From Phormidium sp. (GTDB lineage: Bacteria; Cyanobacteriota; Cyanobacteriia; Cyanobacteriales; Aerosakkonemataceae): a DNA stretch of 64,000 bases. The stretch's first letter is position 1. Each line of letters begins with the position of its first letter. The stretch is from the NCBI GenBank assembly GCA_051013385.1, contig CP143273.1, forward strand, positions 512,001 through 576,000. Reading direction: 5' to 3'. A program made the position numbers and the translations under genes. The notes below the pieces were generated by a model. The model was given only the letters and a program-made list of their open reading frames with translations, ran no database searches and had not been told where the DNA came from. Positions 43,999 through 53,721 of the stretch are shown here, piece after piece.

Positions 43999-44231
43999 TG
44001 CAACCAAAATTCATCGGGTAAAGGCTCATCAAAATCATCACTCATTACCATTGCACCTAAATTTAATCCAGCTTTAGGTGCAATATTTTCCTGAATCCGA
44101 TCGATAGGAGTCACTTTAGCTAAAGGCATATCCCCATCAGTTAAAACGATTTCTGTATCATTCTGTACTAAGGCTAGTAAATCTATGATGCTGATGGAAA
44201 ATTGCTGAATATCAAGCTTTTTTGTCAGCAT
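43995..44231 (-). CDS. Phd/DUF2281-like antitoxin
   Basis: EIVLTD...PLAKV and MSDDFDEPLPDEFW motifs. Confidence 0.75.
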   Translation of the reverse strand: MLTKKLDIQQFSISIIDLLALVQNDTEIVLTDGDMPLAKVTPIDRIQENIAPKAGLNLGAMVMSDDFDEPLPDEFWLQ

Positions 44232-44664
44232 TTTTATCCCTCAAACTTTTTAAGTTTTATTGTATGTTACTTTGGTCTATGGAATAGCGTAATTATAACG
44301 TAAAGCTACTTTTGTAGGAATCAACTTTTGGGAATAATTTGATTCTATGTTTTTTTAGGAGTAGGGGCAAGAGGGAGAGGTCAAAAAGTGCGATCGCGAA
44401 GCGTACCGCAAGTGCATCGCACATCGTAAAATTGGCATAGCAGCAAATGCTAGGTTAGCTGTATGTTGCTGCAAGAATTTAAAGGGGAAATTGGTAAGTT
44501 GTCTGATTTTCGATAGGTGAATAGAGCACAGGTTAGGCGATCGCGCTTTTCACTCCCCAAATGCGTTGGCGTAGCCTGCCGTAGGCGTATCGCACTTTTC
44601 ACTCCCAGCCGACCTAACAGTAATTATATGTTATAATTAATTAGCCAAAATAGCATTTTCATAG

Positions 44665-44820
44665 ATTAAGCTGAGTCATTTAAAGACTATTTCTCAATTG
44701 CATTTTTATCATAACGCTCCTTTCGATCGCTTATTAATTGCACAAGCTATAGTTGAAAATATTTCGATTATCAGTCAAGATTCTCTGTTTAATTTATACC
44801 CAATTAATGTTGTATGGTAA
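44665..44820 (+). pseudogene. VapC/PIN toxin, C-terminal fragment
   Basis: IKLSHL...HNAPFDRLLIAQAIVENISIISQD...VVW*; no start codon, in-frame TAG immediately upstream. Confidence 0.8.
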
Positions 44821-44832
44821 GAGTGCGATCGC

Positions 44833-45354
44833 TTACGTTTTAGACCCCATGCCAAACCACACGGACGCTTAATCACTTGGTTAGGAGTATATGAAGCGGC
44901 GACACCACAGGTAGAAATGGGAATTGAACCAACGGTACGTTTGGATATAGATAATGAACCGCAACCGGATGGTGTGTTATTAATTAGTCAAGAAAGTGGC
45001 GGAAATTCGATTTTGAGTGAAGATGGATATTTGGAGAGAGCACCAGAATTGGTAATAGAAATTGCTGCTAGTAGTGCGGCGATCGATCTAACGGATAAAA
45101 AGCGTGCTTATCGACGCAATGGGGTACAGGAATATATTGTTTGGCAAGTATTTGAACAAAAAATTGATTGGTTTAGTTTGCAAGATGGTGATTATGTTTC
45201 GTTGATGCCGAATGAACAAGGTGTAATTTGCTCGGAAATATTTCCGGGGTTGTGGTTAGATATAGCGGCGATGTTGCCAGGAAATATGCCACAAGTTTTG
45301 GCAGTTCTGCAAGGGGGAATTAGTTCGGAGGAACATCAACTTTTTGTGCAATAA
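44833..45354 (+). pseudogene. Uma2 family endonuclease, 5'-truncated
   Basis: In-frame LRFRPHAKPH...EPQPD...PELVIEIAASS...KKRAYRRNGVQEY begins right after HIP1 at 44825-44832. Confidence 0.75.
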
Positions 45355-45431
45355 TTATGACTTAAATTTGATTAAAAATATTATAATTAAATTAAGCAAA
45401 ATCCCCTATAAAATCTCAAATCCAAAATCGA

Positions 45432-46382
45432 ATGACTGTATTTCCTTATGACCAATTTGCAAAAGACTATCTGAAAGAATTGTTATTACCATTAGGAGAA
45501 GTAGAAACAAGTCGTAATATTGCTGGTGAAGTTCGGGAAATCGATGTTTGGTTTGCACCTACGGCACCAGTCACATCTGCAACCGAATTGGGATTACTAG
45601 GACGTTTGGCAGCTACATCGGCGATTTTTGAACCTTTTCGTAATGCGGTTAACCTGGAGGACGTTCGTAGCTGTACGGGCAAATTGTTTGATGTTTTTGC
45701 TTTTTTGGCACGTCAAGCAAGACGAAATGATACCCATGTTGAGGAAACAGATTTACCTCATCTGTGGATTATTTCTCCTACTGCATCAGAGTCCCTATTG
45801 GCAGGTTTTGGAGCTACACTTGATGTAGATAACTGGGGCAGCGGGATTTATTTTTTCCCTGCACATTGGAAAGGCGCAATTGTCGTTATTCACCAATTAC
45901 CACGAACGCCAGAAACACTTTGGTTACGAATTTTAGGGAAGGGGAAAGTGCAACAACAAGCAATTGATGAATTGGCAGCACTTCCAGAAAATGACCCGTT
46001 ACGGGGTGTGGTGTTGGAGTTGTTAAGTAACCTCAAGACTATATTAGAGGTAAACCAAAATTTAGAACCAGAGGAGCAAGATTTAATTATGCGCTTGTCA
46101 CCACTTTACGAACAACGTTTAGCTGAAGCTACTCAGCAAGGTATTGAGCAAGGTATTGAGCAAGGTATTGAGCAAGGTATTGAGCAAGGTATTGGGCAAG
46201 GTGTTCGCCAAGGACAGCGAATTTTTGTAGAAAATTTGTTGAGGGCGAAATTTGGGGAATTGGATGAGGAACTAACGGCAATTATTGAGCCTTTGTTGGC
46301 ATTACCGCCAGCAGATTCTACTACTTTGTTATTGCAATTGTCTAATTTATCCCGTGCGGAATTGTTGGCTAGGTTTAATTAG
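45432..46382 (+). CDS. Rpn/DUF4351-like hypothetical protein with QGIE repeats
   Basis: DQFAKDYL, EIDVWF, FEPFR and TLWLRILG motifs; 12-bp CAAGGTATTGAG tandem repeats near 46137-46200. Confidence 0.7.
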   Translation: MTVFPYDQFAKDYLKELLLPLGEVETSRNIAGEVREIDVWFAPTAPVTSATELGLLGRLAATSAIFEPFRNAVNLEDVRSCTGKLFDVFAFLARQARRNDTHVEETDLPHLWIISPTASESLLAGFGATLDVDNWGSGIYFFPAHWKGAIVVIHQLPRTPETLWLRILGKGKVQQQAIDELAALPENDPLRGVVLELLSNLKTILEVNQNLEPEEQDLIMRLSPLYEQRLAEATQQGIEQGIEQGIEQGIEQGIGQGVRQGQRIFVENLLRAKFGELDEELTAIIEPLLALPPADSTTLLLQLSNLSRAELLARFN

Positions 46383-46390
46383 GTTTTGGA

Positions 46391-46527
46391 GGTTGGGTTG
46401 ACTCAGATATTGCACCAAGAGGCAGAGCCTCCTTTGTCCTCGTTCCCAGGTTGAACCTGGGAACGAGGACAAAGGAGGTTCCACCTCCGTTGGTGCAAGA
46501 TCTGAGTTGAGGTATGAAACCCAACCT
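46391..46527. repeat. Nested inverted-repeat element
   Basis: AGGTTGGGTT/AACCCAACCT outer arms, ACTCAGAT.TTGCACCA/TGGTGCAAGATCTGAGT middle arms, and an inner hairpin with perfect arms of about 23 bp. Confidence 0.8.
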
Positions 46528-46536
46528 AAAAATCTA

Positions 46537-47883
46537 TTAATTTTGGCAATAACTTCTCACATATTCTCGAAAAACCGGAGATAAATTAAACGCTGTTTTC
46601 TCGCCTTCTATTGGTTTAAGTAAATAACGTTTATTCAAGGATTGTAACCCATTAATTAAATCTGTTGATGACAAGGATAAACTTTGTCTTAATTCTTCTC
46701 TTGATATCGGTTGATTAAATTTACTTAATTCTAAAAGAATCTGTTGTTCTACTGGGGTTAATCGTTCAAATAATTCACTTAACCGAAATTTCATATCTTC
46801 TGTTAAGTGTAAAGTCTCTTCTCTGACAAATTCAGCGGCTTTGCCAAAGAGAATATTTTTAATTAAATTAGCAATATCTTTTAAATAAGCGGGATTACCT
46901 TCATATAATTCAATCAGCTTTGACCAGCTTTCCTCATCTTTTAAACCTAAGCCTTTGAGAATTTCAGTATCGTCTAATCCTGGTAATTCTAAGCACTTAA
47001 CAGGATATAATTCTTCGTCTAAGCAAGTCATTTCTTGGCATTGTTCTTGACTGATTAAGATTACGGTGCTTTGATGTTCGAGTTCGGTTATTTTTGTCAG
47101 GAAGGTTTTATAATTTTTGGTTTCAGTTTTGTATTGTCCGGCAAATTGTCTGCTTGTAAATAATTCTTGCAGATCGTCAAGGATAATTAAACATCTTTGC
47201 TGGCGGAAAAGGTTGAGTAATTGAGTTAGTTTATTTTCGGTTTGAATAGGTTCGTAGTTAATAAGTGTGAAAATATCAGTAATAATGTTGTCTAAGGAAG
47301 GGGAGAGTTTGATACTTTTCCAGATGATTAGATCGAATTGTTGTAGGTTGAAGTCAATGAATTGTTTAACTAGGGTGGTTTTACCAATTCCACTTAGTCC
47401 TAAAACTGAGATGAGGCGGGGGTTTTGTGTGATTATCCAGTGGGAGAGGGTTTGGAGTTGGGGTGTGCGATCGTAGAAATGTGTGATTTTCGGTGCTAGG
47501 GTTAAGTCGTGATACCCTGTCTTTTTGCTCGTTTTATCTTCCTTATTGATAGATTGATTTGTATCTGTTTGAGTATAAAAGGGACACCAGGTAATATTAC
47601 CATTTACTAAACCAAAAAACTGGGAATTTATAACTCTTTCTAACGTCCAAGAAAAATTAGATTTATTGATATCTTCATTTAGCTGTTCAGATAAAATTTT
47701 AAATAACTTACGACTAACATCTCCAACATAGTTTTTATCATACCCAGATTCATCTGCTATTTGATTGTACGTCTTACCTTGCCAAAGTCCTTGAATGACT
47801 CTTTTTTGTAGGTCGTCTAGGTGCTCTCCTGTTTGTTTCTCTACCAACCGATCTACTAATTGTAAAACTTCTGTAATAGTCAT
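46537..47883 (-). CDS. HTH + NB-ARC (STAND) ATPase, paralog 2
   Basis: Near-identical to paralog 1 from DLTLAPKITHFYDR onward; diverged N-terminal HTH. Confidence 0.85.
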   Translation of the reverse strand: MTITEVLQLVDRLVEKQTGEHLDDLQKRVIQGLWQGKTYNQIADESGYDKNYVGDVSRKLFKILSEQLNEDINKSNFSWTLERVINSQFFGLVNGNITWCPFYTQTDTNQSINKEDKTSKKTGYHDLTLAPKITHFYDRTPQLQTLSHWIITQNPRLISVLGLSGIGKTTLVKQFIDFNLQQFDLIIWKSIKLSPSLDNIITDIFTLINYEPIQTENKLTQLLNLFRQQRCLIILDDLQELFTSRQFAGQYKTETKNYKTFLTKITELEHQSTVILISQEQCQEMTCLDEELYPVKCLELPGLDDTEILKGLGLKDEESWSKLIELYEGNPAYLKDIANLIKNILFGKAAEFVREETLHLTEDMKFRLSELFERLTPVEQQILLELSKFNQPISREELRQSLSLSSTDLINGLQSLNKRYLLKPIEGEKTAFNLSPVFREYVRSYCQN

Positions 47884-48085
47884 AGAGGCTTGGTAGGCTA
47901 AGGGTTTTAGGAATCATAGCTTATTATAAATCGAGAAAATCAGGTTTTTTCTGGTTTTGACTTAAAAATTTTTTATAAAAATCCCATAAAATCAGTTTTT
48001 TTCAGTTGGTAGTGGTTAGCACTAGGGATTTAGTATAAAAATAAAGTTCAACATAAGCAATTGGCAATACAGGAAAAGTTTATTT

Positions 48086-48763
48086 ATGGTTGATGGTCAA
48101 AGTGTTAAGTATGCAGTTGACTTGGTAATGTGTATTGACGGCACAGGATCAATGGGTCATTTAATTGAAGAAGTAAAGTCAGCTGCTCTGAAATTTTATG
48201 AGCAGCTAGAAGCTAAAATGAAAGAGAAGACTAAAAGAATTGATCAACTTAGGGCTAGGGTTATTGTATTTCGGGATTACTGGCATGATCCAGCCGATCA
48301 AGTGATGCAATGTTCTGAATTTTTTGACTTACGCTCACAATCTCCCGATTTTGCCAATTTTGTTTCTAAAATTGAAGCTGAAGGTGGGGGTGACGAACCA
48401 GAAAATGGTTTGGAAGCTGTTGGGTTAGCACTTAAGTCTAACTGGGAGAAAGGAGACTTTAATAAAAAACGATACGTAATAGTTGTTTTCACTGATGCTA
48501 GTGCACATAGTTTAGACAAAAGCTCCAAACCTAGTCACTATCCTAATAATATACCAAAAACCTTTGATGAATTGACTGATTACTGGCACGAAATACCAGA
48601 AGCAGCCAAGCGTTTAATATTGTTTGCACCTGACGCAGAACCCTGGACAATGATGAGTAGTAGTTGGGACAATACAGTTCATTATGTTTCGGCAGCAGGT
48701 AAAGGATTAGAAGAACAAGAAATGGATGAGATTTTAAATGCGATCGCCAATAGCCTAAAATGA
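48086..48763 (+). CDS. vWA domain protein
   Basis: MIDAS-type DGTGSM, GGGDEPE and FTDA motifs. Confidence 0.85.
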   Translation: MVDGQSVKYAVDLVMCIDGTGSMGHLIEEVKSAALKFYEQLEAKMKEKTKRIDQLRARVIVFRDYWHDPADQVMQCSEFFDLRSQSPDFANFVSKIEAEGGGDEPENGLEAVGLALKSNWEKGDFNKKRYVIVVFTDASAHSLDKSSKPSHYPNNIPKTFDELTDYWHEIPEAAKRLILFAPDAEPWTMMSSSWDNTVHYVSAAGKGLEEQEMDEILNAIANSLK

Positions 48764-48792
48764 TGCTGAAGCGTAGCCTTTTATGAATAATT

Positions 48793-48857
48793 GTAGGGTG
48801 CGTCAGATTTTTAAGTGAATGGTTAAACAAATAGCTTGACTTTCTGACGCACTCTAC
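48793..48857. repeat. REP doublet of the RAYT family
   Basis: GTAGGGTGCGTCAGA...TCTGACGCACTCTAC. Confidence 0.85.
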
Positions 48858-48894
48858 ACCTAGACTTTCAACTACATTTATAAGGAATTAAGTT

Positions 48895-50559
48895 ATGGCT
48901 ATGACTAAGTTTAATTTAGAAGTAAATATAGAAGTTGCCGAAGACAGAGGCGAAGATGCTAATGTAACTGAATATTTCGGACAAACGTTTTTGATGGGTG
49001 TTTTTGATGGGTTAGGAGGTGTATCTGCTGGTTATGATGGTAAAACTGGGGGGCGCATTGCCTCAGAAGAAGCTTCTAAAATAACCAAAACATTCTTCAA
49101 ACAATGGCATGGTCAAATAACATCTGAAAATGCCATTCAATTGCAGCATGAAATTTGCGAATCACTGAAATTTAAAGCCGATAATAATATGCCGAAATCT
49201 CGGCTAAAAGGTACTTTATTGCAACACAGGCTTTGTACGACTATCGCCTTGGCTAGCATTAAGCAACAAGGGCAAGAGAAAATTTTTGAAGCTAACTTAG
49301 CTTGGATGGGAGATTCACGAATTTATTTCCTTAGTCCAACTAAAGGGTTACAACAACTGACAAAAGATGACTTAAAAACTCCCAAAGATGCCTTAGAAAT
49401 TCTGAGAGAAGATCCACCTATGTCTCAATGTTTAACTGCCGATATCAAACCAGAATCACAAATTCATTTTCAGCATTATAAAATAGAAGAAAGTGGCTGT
49501 TTTTTAGCTTGTACTGACGGCTGTTTCCAGTATTTTTCTGCGCCTTGGGAATTTGAGAAGTTGTTGTTAGATACACTTGCTCAATCAGAAGGTGATAAAA
49601 AAGATATAAATAATTGGCAAAAATTAATCATACAAAGATATACTGAAATTAAGCAAGATGATGTTTCTCTAATTCTCAAAGCAGTTGGTTTTAATGGAAT
49701 AAAGCACTTAAAAAGTGCTTATCAGGAACGTTGGCATGATCTTCAAAAAGAATTCATTTCTCCTACTGCTAATACTCGCTATGATGACTTACAAAGATTG
49801 TGGGCAGAGTATCGAAATAATTATGAATATTATTTACAATTTATTCAGGATATCCAGCCAATAGCTGATTCTAAACAACAAGTAATAGAAGATGAACTTT
49901 CAATTTCAGCCACTTTAGCAAGTTCAACTTCGAGTAAAGATATGTTCCAAAAAATTACACAATCATCTAAACAGAAAGTAGTAGCTAAGGCTGAAGAAAT
50001 TAAAAATTTGTTAGAGCAAGCTAATTATTGTTATAAAAACTCTCGGTTGGCTGAAGCTAAAATTTTGTGTAATCAAGTCGAAGAGCTTATAAAAAATTAT
50101 CCAGAGAGTCCTGAAAAGCTTCTGGAATCATTACGTAATTTAGCTTTTATTTACTATGAGTTAAATCAACGGGAAAAAGCCATTCAATATTATCAACATT
50201 TTTTTAATATTCCGGGTGCGGAAAAACTAGACCATTGGGAATATGACTTAGAAGCGTTTGTTAATTCCTTGCATTTAATAAGTAATAAAAACGAACCAGT
50301 CAATGTAGCAATTCAATTTTGTAAGCTTCTAATTACTAGGAATTTGCCAAATCAAAAAAAGGCTGAAATTTATTACTTTATGGCTGTTTTAGAAGAAATC
50401 GGAGACCAATTAAAGGCAGCCAACAATAGTATCTATACAGCTATTAAGATATGTTCATCATCTCTGGATATTGAGTATAAAATAGCAAGCAAAATGAAAC
50501 AAAAATATGAATATAAATATCAAGAAATTCACAATAAGTTAAAATACAGGAGATATTAG
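48895..50559 (+). CDS. PP2C-like phosphatase with C-terminal TPR-like region
   Basis: GEDA, GVFDGLGG, TT, WMGDSR, CTDG and QDD motifs; helical repeat tail. Confidence 0.8.
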   Translation: MAMTKFNLEVNIEVAEDRGEDANVTEYFGQTFLMGVFDGLGGVSAGYDGKTGGRIASEEASKITKTFFKQWHGQITSENAIQLQHEICESLKFKADNNMPKSRLKGTLLQHRLCTTIALASIKQQGQEKIFEANLAWMGDSRIYFLSPTKGLQQLTKDDLKTPKDALEILREDPPMSQCLTADIKPESQIHFQHYKIEESGCFLACTDGCFQYFSAPWEFEKLLLDTLAQSEGDKKDINNWQKLIIQRYTEIKQDDVSLILKAVGFNGIKHLKSAYQERWHDLQKEFISPTANTRYDDLQRLWAEYRNNYEYYLQFIQDIQPIADSKQQVIEDELSISATLASSTSSKDMFQKITQSSKQKVVAKAEEIKNLLEQANYCYKNSRLAEAKILCNQVEELIKNYPESPEKLLESLRNLAFIYYELNQREKAIQYYQHFFNIPGAEKLDHWEYDLEAFVNSLHLISNKNEPVNVAIQFCKLLITRNLPNQKKAEIYYFMAVLEEIGDQLKAANNSIYTAIKICSSSLDIEYKIASKMKQKYEYKYQEIHNKLKYRRY

Positions 50560-50565
50560 TAATCT

Positions 50566-51573
50566 ATGTCTTACAAAAAAGGCGATATTATTGCTGGAAA
50601 ATATTTAGTAACCCGTGACTTTGATAGTGCTAACGGTGGTCAATGCCAATGGGGTTTTGCTCTGAATAGTCACGATGGAAAAGAATATTTTGTCAAAAAA
50701 TTCCTCAGTCCAGTCTATCCAGGCGAAAATGCACCAGGAAGTGAAAAAGGCAAACAAAAACGGCGCGATCAGTGTGAGGAATTTGCTAGAAAACAACTAG
50801 CAATTCAAAATGCGCTATCCGCTTGTGGTGCAGGTGGTTCAGTAGTAGTCATGGTGGACTTTTTTAAATATGGTGATGACTATGGTGAACATTTCTTTAA
50901 AGTCTGCCAAAAAGTTGATACCAGTTCTTTATCAAACGAGATACATACTCTAGAGCCAAAAAAGCGTTTATTTGTGATGCTAACAGCAGCGGGTGCGCTG
51001 AAAATTTTACATTCAAATGGTATTGTCCATCTGGACTTGAAACCAGACAATGTACTAATTCAAGAATGGGAAGGAAAACAAGTTGCTAAAATTATTGACT
51101 TTGATAGTAGTATTATTGAAGGAGAATTGATCGCAGCAGAATTTTTAGTAGGCGATCCTGTATATTACTCCCCTGAATTTGCTAAACATATTGCTACAGC
51201 AGGAACAACGCCAGCACCAACTAAAAAATCTGATATTTTTTCTCTGGGTTTGATTTTCTGTCAATATTGGGCAGGGAATCGTCCGATTTTATCAGGAAGC
51301 TATACTTATGCTCACGAAGCTGTTCTTGACGGGAAAAAGATTGAAGTACCGTCGCTTAAAAGCAAAACTAAATTGCGTGGAACACTCATTGAAAATCCAC
51401 TAGATGCTGAAGTACGTAAACTATTAGGAAAGATGTTAGCCTTAAGCTATGAAGAAAGACCTGATATTAATCAAGTGCATCAACGACTCAAAGAGCTTTA
51501 TAATAACGGTGTTTTACCATCTAGCAAAGATAGTATAAATAAGCTAGTAATCAATATAAAACCAAAATTATAA
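50566..51573 (+). CDS. Ser/Thr protein kinase
   Basis: FVKK, HLDLKPDN, IIDFD, YSPE and SDIFSLG motifs. Confidence 0.9.
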   Translation: MSYKKGDIIAGKYLVTRDFDSANGGQCQWGFALNSHDGKEYFVKKFLSPVYPGENAPGSEKGKQKRRDQCEEFARKQLAIQNALSACGAGGSVVVMVDFFKYGDDYGEHFFKVCQKVDTSSLSNEIHTLEPKKRLFVMLTAAGALKILHSNGIVHLDLKPDNVLIQEWEGKQVAKIIDFDSSIIEGELIAAEFLVGDPVYYSPEFAKHIATAGTTPAPTKKSDIFSLGLIFCQYWAGNRPILSGSYTYAHEAVLDGKKIEVPSLKSKTKLRGTLIENPLDAEVRKLLGKMLALSYEERPDINQVHQRLKELYNNGVLPSSKDSINKLVINIKPKL

Positions 51574-51586
51574 AGTTTTTGCTGCT

Positions 51587-52171
51587 ATGAAAAAAACATA
51601 CAAGTGTAAAGGTTGTGGCAATGAAGTTGTTTCAATCATGAAGCCTTCTAAGTGCGATATTTGTCCAGATGGAATCGGAGAATGGACAATCTTAGCTACT
51701 AATAAACCCATTAATTCAGGAGATGTACCTATGGCTATTGATAAAGATATATTCTCTGCTTTTAAATTTCGCTCAACGATCGAGCGTTACTGCAAAACTA
51801 TTGGCTGGAATCTTTATAGTATAGATAATGAAATGGCTGTAATTAGATTTAGTATGGAGTCTGGCAACACACAAACTTTATTAATTCTCAAGTACGATTC
51901 AACTCTTGAATTCTCTTGTCCAAGTGGCTTAAAATTTGACAACCTAGATGATGTACCCGATCGTTTATCAACATTACTTCTCAGCCAAAATTCTACGTAT
52001 AGGTTTGGCTTTTGGTGTATACAAAAGATTGGCGAACAACAAACTTTTTCAATTGTCCATAACGCGGAGATGACTTTAATTGATATTGATTATTTCCGTA
52101 AGGTAATTACTCACATCATACAAGAATGCGATAAATTTGAGGAAGCCATAGAAGAGTTAATAAACAGCTAA
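51587..52171 (+). CDS. Zn-ribbon + YbjN/T3SS-chaperone-like domain protein
   Basis: CxxC...CxxC N-terminus; LLSQN...FGFW...ECDKFE C-domain. Alternative start at the internal MAIDK (AGGAG RBS). Confidence 0.55.
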   Translation: MKKTYKCKGCGNEVVSIMKPSKCDICPDGIGEWTILATNKPINSGDVPMAIDKDIFSAFKFRSTIERYCKTIGWNLYSIDNEMAVIRFSMESGNTQTLLILKYDSTLEFSCPSGLKFDNLDDVPDRLSTLLLSQNSTYRFGFWCIQKIGEQQTFSIVHNAEMTLIDIDYFRKVITHIIQECDKFEEAIEELINS

Positions 52172-52173
52172 TA

Positions 52174-52239
52174 GTAAGGTGCGTCAGAGCAAAAAAGTTA
52201 TTGATGAGCTAATTAAGTTAACTATCTGACGCACCCTAC
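52174..52239. repeat. REP doublet of the RAYT family
   Basis: GTAAGGTGCGTCAGA...TCTGACGCACCCTAC; spacer shared with the 42480-42535 and 53961-54026 copies. Confidence 0.85.
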
Positions 52240-52276
52240 AAAGTTTTTTGATTTGATGCGATCGATCGCACCACAC

Positions 52277-52561
52277 TTACTCATATACTTCACTTCTATG
52301 AGCAATCAAAATTACAATCACTTGACCTTCTTCTTCTTCAATATCAGAAGCAACATTTTGTTCAATGTAATAAACTACTCGATAATCACCGACACGGTAA
52401 CGGTAATAACCTGCAAAATTGCCTTTTAAAGCTTTAATATTTGGATGATTTCGGGGATCTTCTTCAAGTCTTTCAAAGCATCTAGCTAACTTTTTAGCTA
52501 AGGGAAGATTAGCAGCTGCATAAAAATTTTCTGCTTCAGAGGACAACTGAACTCTATACAT
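52277..52561 (-). CDS. RelE/ParE family toxin
   Basis: LKG...YRYRVGDYRVVY...HRSEVY motif. Confidence 0.9.
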   Translation of the reverse strand: MYRVQLSSEAENFYAAANLPLAKKLARCFERLEEDPRNHPNIKALKGNFAGYYRYRVGDYRVVYYIEQNVASDIEEEEGQVIVILIAHRSEVYE

Positions 52562-52790
52562 CGTCTCGTACTTTTCGCCAATCAGTCACCCTTCCCGCAG
52601 TAACATCCTGTTTTCCCCGCTCAAAAGCTTCAATAAAACCGGGAATTTCTAACAGTTCTTGTGTTGCTTCATTACTCTCGCGTTCTGCTAAATAAGCTAA
52701 GAAATCAGCGGCAACACGCAATCGTTCGGGGGATAATCGATCGACGTATTCCTTAACTTGAAGGCGCATTTGGTCAGTATTCATTGGCAA
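52554..52790 (-). CDS. Antitoxin partner of RelE
   Basis: Overlaps the toxin start; ATQELLEIPGF...GRVTDW. Confidence 0.75.
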   Translation of the reverse strand: MPMNTDQMRLQVKEYVDRLSPERLRVAADFLAYLAERESNEATQELLEIPGFIEAFERGKQDVTAGRVTDWRKVRDDV

Positions 52791-52981
52791 TAACAGTGCG
52801 ATTATTTCACCATTTTAAACTGTAACAGTAGATGTTGGAGTATTTGTATGTTAATTTGGCAAGTTGTATGAGAAAGCGATAGGTGAATAAAACACAGGGT
52901 AGGCGATCGCACTTTTCACCCAACAAATGCGATATTAAATCTGGTTGAGAGAGAGGTTAATTAGTGCGATCGCTACACAAT

Positions 52982-53455
52982 TTAAGAATGCTTTTCTAAC
53001 AACTTTTGTAGCAAACTCTCAGATGCCCAAAAAGATGTATTTTGTAAGCTTTGGATTGTCACAGATAAGTCGATTAACTTCATCGTTGCGGCTCGATCGA
53101 GAATTCCTAGAATACCTGCGATCGCCAAGCCTCTATCTTTGGCAATCCGTCTTGCTTTCATGTCGTCTAGCAGAAGTAAATCTGCTTTAAGTTCCTCAGC
53201 TAAAAGGATAGCTGCACTTTCTCCAGGGTCTAGTAGATCTGCGATCGCATCGGAAGATTGGCTAACAGATTGAATTTCTAGCCAGTTGGGTGGATTGGTA
53301 ATCCAAGCTTGGACAGGCGGTGGCGCAAGTGGATCGGATAGCTCATTGTAAACAGCTATTGGAATGATAATTTGCTGAAATAATTGAGGCAGTAGGTCAA
53401 TTTCCCCAATCAAAATTAGATAGTTGATCGGAGAGGTATTGGAAACAATAATCAT
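52982..53455 (-). CDS. DUF3368 PIN-like protein
   Basis: VSNTSPI, LDPGESAAI and LLLDD motifs. Confidence 0.88.
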   Translation of the reverse strand: MIIVSNTSPINYLILIGEIDLLPQLFQQIIIPIAVYNELSDPLAPPPVQAWITNPPNWLEIQSVSQSSDAIADLLDPGESAAILLAEELKADLLLLDDMKARRIAKDRGLAIAGILGILDRAATMKLIDLSVTIQSLQNTSFWASESLLQKLLEKHS

Positions 53456-53721
53456 TCAGTCTCTAGTAAGTTATTAATTGTTTGAATATCTTCTTCTAAA
53501 TCTTCTTCAGTGTAGGGTAAGTAAGCTTGTTCTTGTTTCAAGAATTGATATGTTTCCCATCGGGAAGAAAAGTTCAGCATTCGGTGAACTTCACCTGCTC
53601 CAATCCTACCTTGGCGATAGTAATCGGTTGCAATCAATTCTAAAACTCTGCGGGAAATGTTGGTGTGTTGCAGTTGTAGGTTATCGACGATATCATCGGG
53701 AAGTTCGAGGGTAATTTGCAT
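53452..53721 (-). CDS. UPF0175 family antitoxin
   Basis: MQITLELPD...YRQGRIG...SRWE...YTEEDLEED; ATGA-coupled to DUF3368. Confidence 0.85.
   Translation of the reverse strand: MQITLELPDDIVDNLQLQHTNISRRVLELIATDYYRQGRIGAGEVHRMLNFSSRWETYQFLKQEQAYLPYTEEDLEEDIQTINNLLETE

Noticed and set aside
43840..44820. The two vapC fragments as halves of one inverted gene
   Set aside because: The middle of the PIN domain is missing and nothing shows a common origin; they may come from different paralogs.
46137..46200. 12-bp tandem repeats (also the 60006-60123 repeats) as a CRISPR array
   Set aside because: No unique spacers of regular length; these are coding QGIE repeats and REP-like palindromes.
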